A stretch of 64,000 bases of DNA from Epiperipatus broadwayi (taxonomy: Eukaryota > Animalia > Onychophora). Positions 1 through 13,099 of this stretch are shown here, piece by piece (position 1 is the stretch's first letter; the number at the start of each line of letters is the position of its first letter). The stretch is from the NCBI GenBank assembly GCA_028023455.1, contig JAQFVV010000002.1:27652001-27716000 (forward strand), read 5' to 3'. Made by a program: the position numbers and the translations under genes. A model generated the notes under the pieces. It searched no databases, was not told where the DNA came from, and saw only the letters and a list, made by a program, of their open reading frames with translations.

Positions 1-926
1 ATTATTATTACTGATTAGAAATGGATTTAAAGACTTTTTAGTTAGATCTGTAAAATTTATACTATTTTAAACTTCCTTCAGATCAAAGAAAGATGATGAA
101 ACCTAAAAGTAACTTAATCACCATTAAAGAGCAATAACTTGACATAAATTTAAGGTTAATGAAACATTACAATTTATTGCTAAGATTGAAATGGTTAGAT
201 TATTACTGTCAACATACTCAATTTGTTCTTGTTGATTATATTATAGTAAACTAAACAAAACAGCATTTACACTGTAAATTTGTTACCTATATGAATGAAA
301 ATTTGAAGGTTATTTTAATGTCTAAAAAACTAAATATTTTAATTTGATCATTTATTAAAATCTACTTGCCTGTTTGTATTAAGATGACTCAACCTCCTAC
401 ATATAGAATTAATTAATGTTTTATTCCAGCAGAGTATGATTGATCTAATAGGAAGTCTTCTCTTTCCGAATTGCAATTTAAAAATTTTAAGATAACTATT
501 TATCCCCCCCCCGCCCCACAAGACATTTATTTATCTAAATAAAATATTTGTAATAAACATTTGAAGATTAAAGATGACCGATCACTGAAAATGACATAAT
601 AAGGCATAATGAAGATAGTTTTAAATAAAAACTGTCTTTCCAAAATATTTTAAATCATTTATGACAAAATATTCTAAAATATATATAAATATTTTCAAGT
701 TTTTTTATCAGTGCAATCAATTAAATTCAACCATATTGCAATCTTTCAACAGCACACAAAATACCACCCTCTTTCATTACGCATGCATATTGGAATAATT
801 CACTTTTCAGATGACATGGAATAATTTAACTTCATAATTTTTTTTTTTTTAAAGATATATTTAAAACTTCTATTCCATTACCCTATCCTGAAATATGAAC
901 ACAGAAGTCAGAAACAGATAAATAAT

Positions 927-972
927 CCCCAAGATGCATATTTCATGCAGAAACGGTACTCATCAATAGGCC
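927..972 (-). ncRNA. Degenerate type I hammerhead motif, family B
   Basis: Minus strand UUGAUGA GUAC-CGUUUCU-GCAU GAAA UAUGCA UC UUGGGG, with a C3U core change and weak stem I. Flanks resemble 20095-20260. Confidence 0.55.
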
Positions 973-1420
973 CAAGACAATCTCTTATATATAACTTCAT
1001 GATTTGTTCAGTATTTAAAAATAGCAAATTATTACAGTTTGGTTAAACTATCCACAATCCCAATTTTGAAACCATCTACTTCATATAAATCCATTGATAA
1101 TAACTTTCTCTACACCATTCTTATGCAAGCCAGTAATTGATTTCTATCCACTTTTATCATCGTATGGAAGGGTGAACAATCAATGCACTAAATATATAGT
1201 TTTTTGGTTTATATCAGTGCATCTCTTATCTCAACTCTACCACATAGTAATTATCCATAAGCATACTCTCACTGTGCATGCATTTTGAAATCATTTCACT
1301 TTACAGGCAAGTTAAGCATAAATACACATGGAATAATGTAACTTCTAGCACTTTCTGTACAGACAGATCATTACAATATGATAATTAAAATACAAAATTT
1401 ATTGATAAAAACTAAACTTG

Positions 1421-1710
1421 AAAATATTTTACATACATCTGAGAATATTTTAGTGGAAGAGTATTTAAAATGACATTTTGCGAAGATAGTTTTCATTAGT
1501 TAACTGTCTTCATTATGTCTTACTGCATCATTTTTAAATCTTTTATACATTTTTTTAAAGCTAGCTAACATAAAAAAACCATGTAAATAATTTGAAAATA
1601 ACGCAATAAGGCACAATGAAAAACAATTAACTTTAAGCAAAAATGGTTTTCCCAAGATGTCATTTTAAATACTTTGCAGTAAAATATTCTGAAATGTATG
1701 CAAATTATTT
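1421..1710. repeat. Old fold-back/MITE-like palindrome, with a related arm at ~590-715
   Basis: Arms ~1421-1532 and ~1594-1710 are about 75% reverse-complementary by eye (gagaatattttag..gtatttaaaatgacat / atgtcattttaaatac..aaaatattctg). Confidence 0.6.
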
Positions 1711-3074
1711 GTTTAATTATTACAAATCAAGGCACTTTAGATTAGTCCTACATATAAAATATATAGGAGTTACTTTCATATTGAGAATCATCATTTACTA
1801 CTTATATACTAATTTGCATTAATTTGATTTATTATGAATTAGACAATCGTTAAGTATACAGAAATATATAATGAATTTTGAATAAATTAATAATTTTCAG
1901 CGATTTAAGTGTTTTCTAAAGTAGAGTTAGTCCAGTTGCTTTGATCATTTATGTTTTGTTTTATATTTTTCTATAAAATGACTATGGAAAAAAAATGTTT
2001 TAATTGGGTAGGAGAATGAAAAATGAATTTTTATCAATGTTTGAATAAAATACTTTGTTTGACCGTTATGTACTGTTAATCTAAATACTATTAAAATGCT
2101 GGCAAGAACATCACAAAATAAACAAATATTAATCGCTACAATTTTATTTCTTTATAAAGAATACACACAAAAACAGTACTTCTTCTGTATCAAAGCTTAG
2201 TTATGGATTATTAGCTAACTACATAATGTGTTCTTAACACCCTGTATATATATATATATGCATGCACACCTATAATACAATTTATTTTTTTAAAAAAAGA
2301 TATGTACTTTAAAAGAATAGATGAACTATAATTAGTAATTTAATAATAAGGTTAATTAAAAAAACAAAAACCAAAACAAATAAAATTAGTCAAAGACAAA
2401 AAACCATTTATCTCTTCTTTTTCAGCAAGTATCTTAGACCTCAGAAAATAATTACCCTACAGTTGTCCACAGAATTTTGATTCATGTTTTATCAGTTATA
2501 TTTGTTATCATTACAGATCACACTGTTGTCTGTGATAAATAGATTTTTAGTTTTGAATTACCCTTACTTGCTTCCATCTTTTACAAAGAGAAAATAAAGT
2601 ATTGCATGTTTTTTTAAATGATACATTATTAACCTTATGAAATTTCTATTTATAGCTTATTTATTTTTTTAAATTACTTATCTTCTTTTAAAAAAATAAA
2701 ATTGTATTATAGATGTGGGTGCATATATATATATATTGAAAAGTTTGTACTATAAATATATGTTAAGAACACATTGCATAATTAGCTAATATTCATGATT
2801 AAGCTTTGATGCAGAAGGATTGCTGTTTCTGTATGATTTCTTTAGTAAAACTGCAGTGATTAACATTTATTTTATTTTGTGTATATGTGATGTCCTTGCC
2901 AACATTAATTTTTATTAAAAAATGTAAACTAACTATTAAAAAATGTTGGCATGCAAGATAGAAGCAAAAATTCTGATGAAAGTGGAGCAATTATAATGAA
3001 ACAATTTTAATTTATATTTTAGGATTTTTTGCTAATTTTTGAAAACTTATATTTGAGACAAAAGGCACATAAAC

Positions 3075-3435
3075 ATCCTCCACAAGTTGTTAAAAGCAGA
3101 TAAAAAACAATCCCTACCTTGCGTGAGAGTGATATTAATAAAGTTACACTATAGAAATAGTATTAATATATTTTCATTAAGTGTTATGTGTTAAATTTGT
3201 GAAAACAGCATATTTGACACATTAATTAAGCTGAAATAATTTGTTATGTACATATATACTGAACAATGATAAAGATATGTGTAAAAGATTGTGGTCTGGG
3301 ACAACTGATGTGTGCTGGTTCAGCATGAAATGTACATCTTGGGGAACATAGATCTTTTTTCATGTCTATGGTCATATATTTATATCCATCCACAAGGTGT
3401 TAAAGACAAATAGAAACCAATTCCTACATTGCTTA
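3075..3435 (+). mobile_element. Family B HHR-bearing unit with ~50-bp terminal redundancy (~310-bp period)
   Basis: HHR-like motif at 3301-3342: ACAA CUGAUGU GUGCUG-GUU-CAGCAU GAAA UGUACA UC UUGG (A9U). Degenerate direct repeat catcc(t)ccacaag.tgttaaa at ~3075 and ~3385. Confidence 0.6.
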
Positions 3436-3564
3436 TACTACAAAAATAGAATTCATTATTGGATAATCTTTAGTCTAACGAATGACTAATAAAATTTATT
3501 AATATGCATTACATTTCTTTTAAATTAATACCACTAAAAATAATGTAAATAAAATATTTATTTT

Positions 3565-4006
3565 TAGATTTTTAACAATAAATGAATACTCCGACTTCAA
3601 ACACAAGATAAATCTTTGGAAAAGACAGAATGAATCCATCTATCTTTTCGAACCCAAACGCTTATGTATGGGCAAATCTTAAATATTTGAAAGTGAGAGC
3701 GTGAAGATATTTACATACATTTAATTTTAAATATGAATGACGTATAGTAAATTCTAGTAAATTTTCGCCAGCGTCATTCATCCAAGCATGTAAAAAGTAA
3801 TTTAAAGTGATTGTTTAATATCTTCACACTCTCATTTTCAAATACTTAAGATTTTCCCATACATAAGCGTTTGGGTTTGAAAAGATAGATGGATTCATTC
3901 TATATTTTCCAGACTTATTTCAAAAAGATAGAGGGATTCATTCTATCTTTTCCAAAGACTTATCTTGTGTTTGAAGTGGGAGTATTCATTTATTGTTAAA
4001 AATCTA
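3565..4006. mobile_element. Fold-back (MITE-like) element, almost fully self-complementary
   Basis: Arms 3565-~3710 and ~3817-4006 match at about 90%, and the right arm has a ~45-bp internal duplication. Inner pair atgaatgacg/cgtcattcat. TA at both ends. Confidence 0.8.
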
Positions 4007-6257
4007 CAAAGCGCATGTGCAATAGCTTAATGCTGATTATTAATATTAAAAATAAAGATAAAATGCTTTGAAAAATAATTACCTCATTTTAATTCTACTT
4101 CAGAAAATATGATAAAAATAAAATTTTAAAAACAAAACGCTTATAAAATATATCTGAAGAATCATATTATCTCTCTCTCTCAAAAAAAGATATTCACAGA
4201 GATAAAATTTGTTACAAAATAGTCAAAAAGATTAAAAAACCAAGAATTATATAAATATTTTTTGTGACAAAATTAAAAATGATTGTATTAATTAAGATAG
4301 ATAACAAATTGACTTGCTTCACTGAATACCACAAATTCCAATAAGAATATAAAATTTAAAAAAAAAATTTAGAATATTTTCTAGTTAAATGTTGACTGAT
4401 CACCAAACTATTATCATTCTAAGAAACCTAAATAAATAATTTATAAGTCTATTAAACACTAATTTGAATTAGCCAAAATGTTTTAATTTAAATTCTTCTT
4501 ATATTTTATTTCTTCATCTATTCCTATGTAAGCAAATGTTGTAAATATATAATAATCTTATGACATGTATTAAAGTATTTATTTTATAACAAATTTGAAA
4601 CTTTACTATAAAAAATTTTTTTTTTTGATATTTGCTTGTGACATTTTTAGAAAATTAAAATTTCTTATTTTATTAATCTCTAATAATTTTATTTAACAAG
4701 TTTTTGAATTTTAGATGATTGAAGCTTAAATTATCAATTTAATTCATTTAACTATTTGTTTGCACTTTTATCTGTGAAAATATATTGTACTCATCATTTT
4801 TTAATTATTCTGATACATATCTATAATAATTTTGGTCATAAGCTTGACATCTGAATTAGGGAATAGATTAATACTATGGGCAAAAAAAAAAAAAACCCAA
4901 AACACTGTAAAACTTTCAACAAATGAAAATACTACAGTAAATGTCATTGATTTGCAAAAATGTGTGTGCACAAAATATTTCTGGGCGTTTTTAAAAACCA
5001 TACTTAAAAAAATGATTAATGGTATTAAAAAAATAAAATCTAAAGGAAAAATGATTTTATTAACATAAATTTGCTTTTAAAAAGATTGATTAATTTTCAC
5101 TAAGAAAAAAAAACATAATTAAAACATAGTGTTAAGAAAAGGACGTTTCTTAATGAAAATGTTTAAAATGAACAGTACTGGTTGACATAGAATATGCACG
5201 TTCGCTAGATGTTTCATGGTATTTTTGAAAATTATTAAAAAAGCTGATTAATGCCAGCAAAAAAAAAAAAAGCAGACATAATTTTCATTATGAGGCAGAA
5301 AACAGAAGAGTTAAAATATAACATCTAAAAAAAAAACCCCCAAGAAGGCAGAAGTTCTGAATATGGACAAATCAATAATCTGTGAACTTTTATCGTAGTA
5401 AATTTGTTGCAATTGAATTTTACACTTTTATAAAGTTTGATTTTAGTTTCACTAAAATCAAATCATATAATATGTACAACAATTAATTTTATATGTATTT
5501 TTACATTTATATTTTTTGTGCTTAAATAGTTGTTTTGAATGGTAATTTTGCTTCAGAATGTGGACTTGGAATGGATCACCCCTAAATGCATATATTTCAA
5601 TGTAGCTGTGCTGAATAAGTGAATGCCATACATTCATTGTAGCAGATTCTTATGTATACTGTATTTATAAGTTAATATAATTGATTAAAACATATTCAAT
5701 ACATTGTAGTAATTTAATCCTGTTTTTTAAAAATAAATTCATTACAGACAAATGCTGTAGTTTATTATGATTATCAGGACATACTAATAAAGATTTAAAA
5801 CTATGTTGGAATTCAATTTATTTTTGTCAAGCCATTTCTATATTATTTGATACTTTTGTTTATCATACTAACTATAAACATAATTTATAGAATGTTCCAC
5901 TGTAATTTCATCAGGAAGTCTCATCTTAGTGTTATATAAAAAGAATAGACATTAGTTGCTTCAAATCACAAAAATTAGACAATATAAAAATTTGAATTAA
6001 AAAAGATAAAATAATAAAGTAATAATTATTTGAATATAAATCTTTTACCTGGATAAATAATTTTAATGAATAAAATCTGCTTTATAGGAACAGCAGTTTA
6101 CATATAAAAATTTTTCATTTTTTTTTTAAAAACAAATGTATTTTTCAACACATACTTATAATAAAAACTAATTTACTGACAATTTAAAGTTGTAATTTAA
6201 AAAAAATTTTTTTACAAGAATAAATATTTCAAAAATGTTAAAAGAAAAAAAACTTAC

Positions 6258-6339
6258 TGCCTAAGTAACTGCCGACCTTGTTTCCATGTTACTACACTAT
6301 TTTGAGTCATTATATTTTCTCCATCCATTAGCTCGTCTA
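6258..6339 (-). CDS. STRN: Striatin-family coding exon (third seen): (V)DELMDGENIMTQNSVVTWKQGRQLLR(Q)
   Basis: Minus strand: polypyrimidine tract + AG acceptor, 82 bp, GTAAGT donor. Phase 1 in and phase 2 out, matching the upstream exon. TWKQGRQLLRQ is the conserved striatin motif. Confidence 0.93.
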
Positions 6340-7249
6340 CTTAAAAAAAAAAAAAAATTCTAATCAAATAGTTATACATGTATATACAAATTTTATAATA
6401 TATTCATTAAAGATTCAATAACTTTAATTGTAGTTGATGAATAAACCAGTATCAAATATATCCAGGATTAATTTAAAATAAATAGAAACAAATAGAAACT
6501 GATTTTATAAACTGTAATTCTAAATCTTCAGGGACACAAAGAGATTTTTTTTCTTCGTATAATCTAATCAGTATACTCACAAAAATATAATTTATTTTAC
6601 CATTAGCAATTCCTTGAGAAGTAACAACCATATAAATAATAACAATATACTCTTCTAAGCGCTAAATACTATGCAAATACAATATTTTATTATGGTCAAC
6701 CTTCCAAAATAGCTGCCTGTTTTAATTGTCTAACATTTTTTTTCAGAATTGTAAAAATACAAAATATACAAATACCATTATCTTAAGAAAATTATGCACA
6801 CAAAACAAATTGTTTATCCAGAGGCAAAACTCTCTTTATAGTAACACCACTCAGTACAAGCCAGAGTAAATCAATGGATGGAGGAAGTTTGTGCATAAAA
6901 TCCCTTTCTTGTGTCTACTCATCCAATATCCCCAGACTAGTTTCTAATTCATGGTTTTCATCGGTGAGGAGCCTTGGATCTGAGAGCACTGCACCTAGAT
7001 CTTAGGATCTAATGCAAACCTCCTGCAGCCATCTTTTACTTTATTAGACAACTATAAAACTTTGAATCCAAAATGAAAACACATTTTCAATTCAAGCTCA
7101 TTACCTTGTATAGATCTAAAATCAGTTCAGAATCCATAAATTTTGGTGTCTTTGGTTCTTTAATATCCTATTAGGCAGAATTGGTATTAAACCACTAAAC
7201 ATTACATTACCACCATTCTTTATGCTTACAGAAGCTGTTTACACAGATG

Positions 7250-8945
7250 AGATGCACTAAGACTTTCGCCTTTTTCGAAGTCAGGAATCTCTGTTACTAT
7301 GCCCAGAAAAACCTATTAGCCACTTTACCTTCCCTTTCCCCGCCCTAAGTTTTTCCCATATTCTTCTCTACCCTGCTCCATCCCATTTCCACAACATAAA
7401 TTTTGTCAACTTCATGGCCTTTATATCTAAATACCCCTTATCTTTTCCAAACACAGCATAAAAACCAAGAACACACTTTCTGTATAATCACTTTTGTTTA
7501 TATTTATTCTCCCAAAACTTCATTATTTGTACCCTTTCTGCTTGCAGGTATTTACATTCAATTAACAGATGCCTAATATTTTTCATGCCTTCCTTATATA
7601 ACATGCAGACTAACTCATCTATATTTTTCCATTTATGTGTATATTCCCTTGTTAAAGATCTTGTTCGAGCCTTAAACAGTAAACTATTTGCCTTGCTATT
7701 ATCATAAATTAACTGTTCTATATATATTTAAACTCTTTTTACTCTCCATACTAGTTCTTCATCTCTCCAACTCCCTATTCTTTATTAATTCATTCTTTTA
7801 TCCCATTCCTTGCCACTATTACATTCAACAATTCTCTTAATACAATCATACTACCTTTTGTATAAGTAGACTAACATAAATTTCTTTATTCAAATATTCT
7901 GCATACCGTAATACCTTTCTCACTTATCTTATTGCCTGCCCTTTACTCATAATCCAATTAAATATTATTTTCGTTAGTCTCTTATTAGCTATAAACTGCA
8001 ATCTACCGAAGATTTTAATTTTGATTTTTTTGCATCTCTCATATAAAAACTTGACCATCCCATTTATTCTTTAATTGCCTCCTTTGCCATCCAGGCATCT
8101 GCATCTAATGCGTGTCTTCCTACTTCTCTTAAGACTTTTTCTAAGTAATCACCCCTTTACTTACACATAATGAATCATTACCATATGTTAACTCTGCTAC
8201 TGCCACTCCCATACAATTCTAGCTACATCATATTTATTATATGAAAATACTTAATTTTTTTTATCAGTCAATTTCTTTGCTTCATTTATCATTTTTTCCC
8301 CCCATTTATCAAAGCAATTTCTCTGATTATTTAAGATGATTCCCAAATAGTTATACATATTCACTACACTTAACTTTATATCTCCCAATAAAAATTATTT
8401 GCCTTCTCTTTCCCCAGTATTAATTATTATTTTTGATTTTTTTCCACTAAATCTCTTTACCCACCCTTGTGCATGTTCTCAGCATAACTTCGATAGCTTC
8501 CCTTCTTTCTGTGCACAAGAAATCATCCGCAAATAAAAGATCTGATAATGTATATACTCCCTTGACACATATTAATGGTATCATTCCCACTCTTCCTAGT
8601 CTTTTTTTTGCTCTCTCCCTTTCTCTCAAATACAACAACAAAGTAGGTGACATAGGACAACCTTGCTGGAGTCCTACCCCATTTTTAACTTTAACTGATT
8701 CTATACTCCCTAAATGATACATATAGTAATTGTTTTCAAACAATCTGTTAATAAAATCTACTAAAGCTCCATCCATTCCCAAATTTACTAAACTTAACCA
8801 TAATCTATTTCTATTTATTCTATTATATGCCTTCTGTATATCTATAATAACCATATATAATTGTCTATGTGTATTTCTACTCATATCTATATTTTGTAAC
8901 TACAAATAAACTATCTCCTGCATGCCTATTCGATTGAAAACATCC
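7250..8945 (-). mobile_element. 5'-truncated, decayed non-LTR retrotransposon (RT plus C-terminal Cys/His knuckle)
   Basis: ORF 8884-8447 has DIQKAY, GLQQGCPMSP and LLFADD. Downstream are YDNSKANSLLFKARTRSL and VCMLYKEGMKNIRHLLIEC. Frameshifts and stops present. Confidence 0.85.
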
Positions 8946-9400
8946 TTAAGGCCACTCACCATACAATAACGCCATTCAGTGCAAGCCAGAGTAATCAATG
9001 GATGCAGGAAGGTTTATGTATAAAATCCCTATCTAGTGAACTAATTTCTAGCTTATGGCTTTCATCAATGAGGAGCTACTGCATGGAGAGCTTTACCTCT
9101 GTGTCAACAGCTTGTGTAAGAATAAAGAATGATGATCATGTAATGTTTAGTGGTTTAATACCAATCCTGCTCAATAGGATTATGGTGACTGTGGTTATTA
9201 AAGAACCAAAGATACTAAAAAGTATGGATCTTGAACTGAGTTCAGATTTATATGACTATACAAGCCGAGTTAAAAACATTATTGTGATTTCATTTTGGAC
9301 TCAAAGCTTTATAGTTAGCTAATAAAATAAGGTAAAGGGTAACTGCTGGAGGGTTGCATTAGATTCTAAGATTTAGCTGCAGTGCTCTCAGATCTAAGGT

Positions 9401-9442
9401 TCCTCATTGATGAAAGCCACAAGCTAGAAACTAGTCTGGGGA
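9401..9442 (+). ncRNA. Family A hammerhead motif, C3U variant
   Basis: UCCUCA UUGAUGA A-AGC-CACAA-GCU-A GAAA CUAG UC UGGGGA. Confidence 0.6.
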
Positions 9443-12400
9443 TATTGGATGAATAGGCAGTAAATAGGAATTTTATGCACAAACCTTCTTGCATCCATTG
9501 ATTACTCTGGCTTATACTGAGTGGTATTATTGTATGGAGAGTTTTGCCTGTGTAAACAGCTTGTGTAAGCATAAAAAATGGCGATCATGTGATGTTTAGT
9601 GGTTTAAATTGTTTATTCATATTAAAATATACAAATAATTAATTCAATTCAAATCTAATTTTTATATTAACATTTGTACATTTTTTGTGTTTAAATACTC
9701 ATTTTTAATTATGCTTATTTTAAAATTTAATTAACATAATTAAAAATACTATTGTATCTATCATTAAACTTTATCTATAAATAATCTACATATCTACACT
9801 ATAATATTTAAGTTATTTAGAAATTATAATTTTTTCTAACCTCTTTCTATTATATATATATATATAAAACTTTTCCTTTGTCTAGCACTTCTTTAGTATT
9901 TATTTCTGTAAATAGATTTGTAAATTTTTTTTTTTTTAAATAAATAACAAAAAATAAAATTAAGTAAATAACCTGTTGCTGGAAAAACTTAGTATTATTC
10001 ATTTCGATTTTATCATCATTTTATTTTTTTACCATATATTTAACATCTTATTTCCATAACAAGCGTATTATAATTTTTATGACACCTGTCAATTTTCGTT
10101 ATTTAAATTATTGTTGTTTTTAGACTATAATCAAAAGTTCTATGCCAATAAAAGAATTCCCAAATTAAAAAATACGGTCGTGAAAAGAGTTTGAATCTCA
10201 TAAAAAAAATTAAAACCTTGTCTCAAGTTCATATTAAAATTTGGGTTTAAAAAGAAAAAAATTGCATGCCCTCTCAAAGATCTAAATCAGGAATGTATGA
10301 CTTGTATAATTTATGACTATAACAATATATTAACTTTGTATTAAAATTTTTGTTTTCATTCTAGTTCTTTTATTTGAATTTTCTATAATATTTGTAATTT
10401 ATTTATTTAAAAATAATTTTGCTATATTTGTATTAAATACGTTTGTGAAATTTTTTCTAGTGATGTGGCTTTATTTATGATGAACAACATCTCATGAGGC
10501 TTGCTGCTTGAAAAAGATTGTCCATATTCCTATTATTCTTGAATCTGAGTTCAACATAGTATATTTTCTATTTATAGTTAAATGATTTAAATTATCATGT
10601 TAGTGAAGTGCTCTAAAACTATGGATGAATAATTATAGCGAAAATAAGCCTACAAAATTACTAAAATTGCTTCATTTTGTTTACTTGTTTTCTTAAAATT
10701 GGCTATTATTAAATATAATCAAGCTTACTGTTGAAATTTATAAAAAGTAATATATGATAAACTGCTCAGGATATTTTGAATTTGGTTAATATGACATCAT
10801 TAATAGAATTCTATTTACTAGATTAGTCCAGAAATTGTCTTATCTACTTCATTAACTTGAACAAATAAACTGGTTTAAATTAGTGGGAATATTAAGATTT
10901 AAGTAAGCAGAATAAAGCTGCATAAACTGAAACAATCTTTTTACAGAACTAATGCATTATGATCAGATTCCATCTAAGTATAGATGCATGAGGTACAGTA
11001 GCAATGGTCAAAGCTTTTAAACTTCATCTCTGGTTGTGAGAACTGTTATATTTTGTTTCTCTTGACAGGTATTGGATTAATTGTCATACTACTGCATCAC
11101 TTTTAAAAAGATTTTTATTAAATGATTACCATATGGAAGATATCAGTTGACATTGTACTCCAGGCTTCCGAGGATATACACAATTAATTATAATTAGTCA
11201 ATTATTGTATATATATTTGAAATATAAACAAACAGTAAAAAAAATAGTGATATGAAATTGATAATTTCAAAACACTAGATGAGGCAAAAATTAAAGATAA
11301 CTGACATACATCAAGGTGAAGCACATTTTCTAAATGAGTACTTTCTCATTTGAAAAATATGCCCCCCCCCCCCAATAATATTCATATATACTGTCTCTGA
11401 AAAACATTTAAATTTTGCTATTCATCTTATACCAGTCAGTCAGTCTTTCCAAACATTGTAGTTTAGATTGATTGTAAAAGAAACTGTCATTTGATATGCT
11501 GAGAACCAGATTCGGTGGCCTTAATTGATTTTTTTATAATGTGCGTCATCAATTAAGATACTTTTTTATTTTATTTTCTTTCCAAAATTTAAATTACATC
11601 TCTAATTGCTAACAATTTTGCATTCTAAACTGTGAATTCTACAAAGAAGTTTATAAGGCTTTTTTTTTTGTGTGAGCATATATTTGATCCAACCTATTAT
11701 GTTGTAGTGTTTCTAATATTGTAACTTCATTATGAAATTCTGAAGTAAAAATTTAGTCATTCCAAATACCGACCTTTCTTTGGATTTTAATTATTGAAAT
11801 CCGCACAAATATTCTTGATAACTTTACGATCATAATAACATTTGATTAATATCTCATTTAAATATACAAATTACATCAAAGCTACTGAAATAAGAGACTA
11901 AAACATAAGGTATTTTACACAACTTAAAATTGTTTAATTTTTTCAAGTATTTACATCCTACTACAGTTCTGCTCTCCTAAGATTCTCAATCTTTATTTTT
12001 AATAGTAGTAATCCTTGAAATTATTTTTGTTTATATAAACTCATTCAAATTACTGAATCATCATGATTCTTTGTTCTTTTCCGTCACCAAAATTTATTAG
12101 AAATATTGCTAACATAATGGATATGGCAGGTCTGCAGTTGCCACTGATATCAGAGAATTCACCACCAACTTGATTACTCAGTTATAAGTCCAAATCCAAA
12201 ACCTTTTTGATATTTATCATGGTGACTCTACATAAACTATTACATGCCCCAAAGAATCTTGGTAAATTATAATGCCATTTTATCATATTCCAATATGCAG
12301 TCTGAGAATAATTGCAATGATTTGATATATAACAAAAAACAAACAAACAAGTGTTTTATTTATAGACAATCTTGAAAATTTTTTTGTTTCAGAAGGCAAT

Positions 12401-13099
12401 TTCTTTCCAACTTATGCTGCTGCTATTGAAAACGTAACTGTATAGTAATTGCTGTTACCTCTTGTTTAAGTCATCAATATTAAAAAGGGATAAAACTATC
12501 ACTATAAACATTTTTCTGTTATTGATTAAGAGAAAAAAAGAGAGGGAAAAGGCAATGAATATATAACAGTAAAATTTAAAAATGCCAAGAAAATGTGAAG
12601 ATAGCAATTAATAGAAATGTATTTAATGAATAGTGAATTTTGTCGGAAAGATTATGTTGAAACTACAAAACTATTTGTATAAAGAATGTAACTATATGGC
12701 TGTGTTTTTTAAATTATTGGTTATGAATAATTGAATAAATAAGCTATAATATGTAAATAAATTACTGAAAATTATAATTTTTCTTTTTGAAATACTGAAA
12801 CAAAACATACTTGGATCTGCCTTCAGGCCAAGTCATGTATCAATTATGCATTGTCGAATTGTTTTGAGATCCAATAAGGTAATGATTTCCAAAGTTTTTG
12901 TGTCTGCGTTCACTAGTTTGAACATTCTAATTTGATAAATACTATTGTATTTACAATTTCGTTTCAATAGATTATAGAATAATACACTCTACTTAGTATA
13001 GATATAGGTCTTATATAAAACAGTTTATTTTTATGACATAATAAAAAAATCAAAACAAAAACAAAAAATAGAAGAACATTGATTAAAATTATAATGATA

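Larger units (their letters stand above)
6818..9605. mobile_element. Family A HHR palindromic element, locus 1, interrupted by a LINE fragment
   Basis: One arm runs 6818-~7250 and resumes at ~8950-9077; the opposite arm is 9078-9605. A 449-bp period separates the two gatcatgt.atgtttagtggttt motifs (9134, 9583). An 11-bp direct repeat aaattgtttat lies at 6807-6817 and 9606-9616. Confidence 0.8.

Noticed and set aside
2970-3010. CTGATGA..GAAAC on the + strand
   Set aside because: No stem II pairing; consistent with chance in AT-rich DNA.
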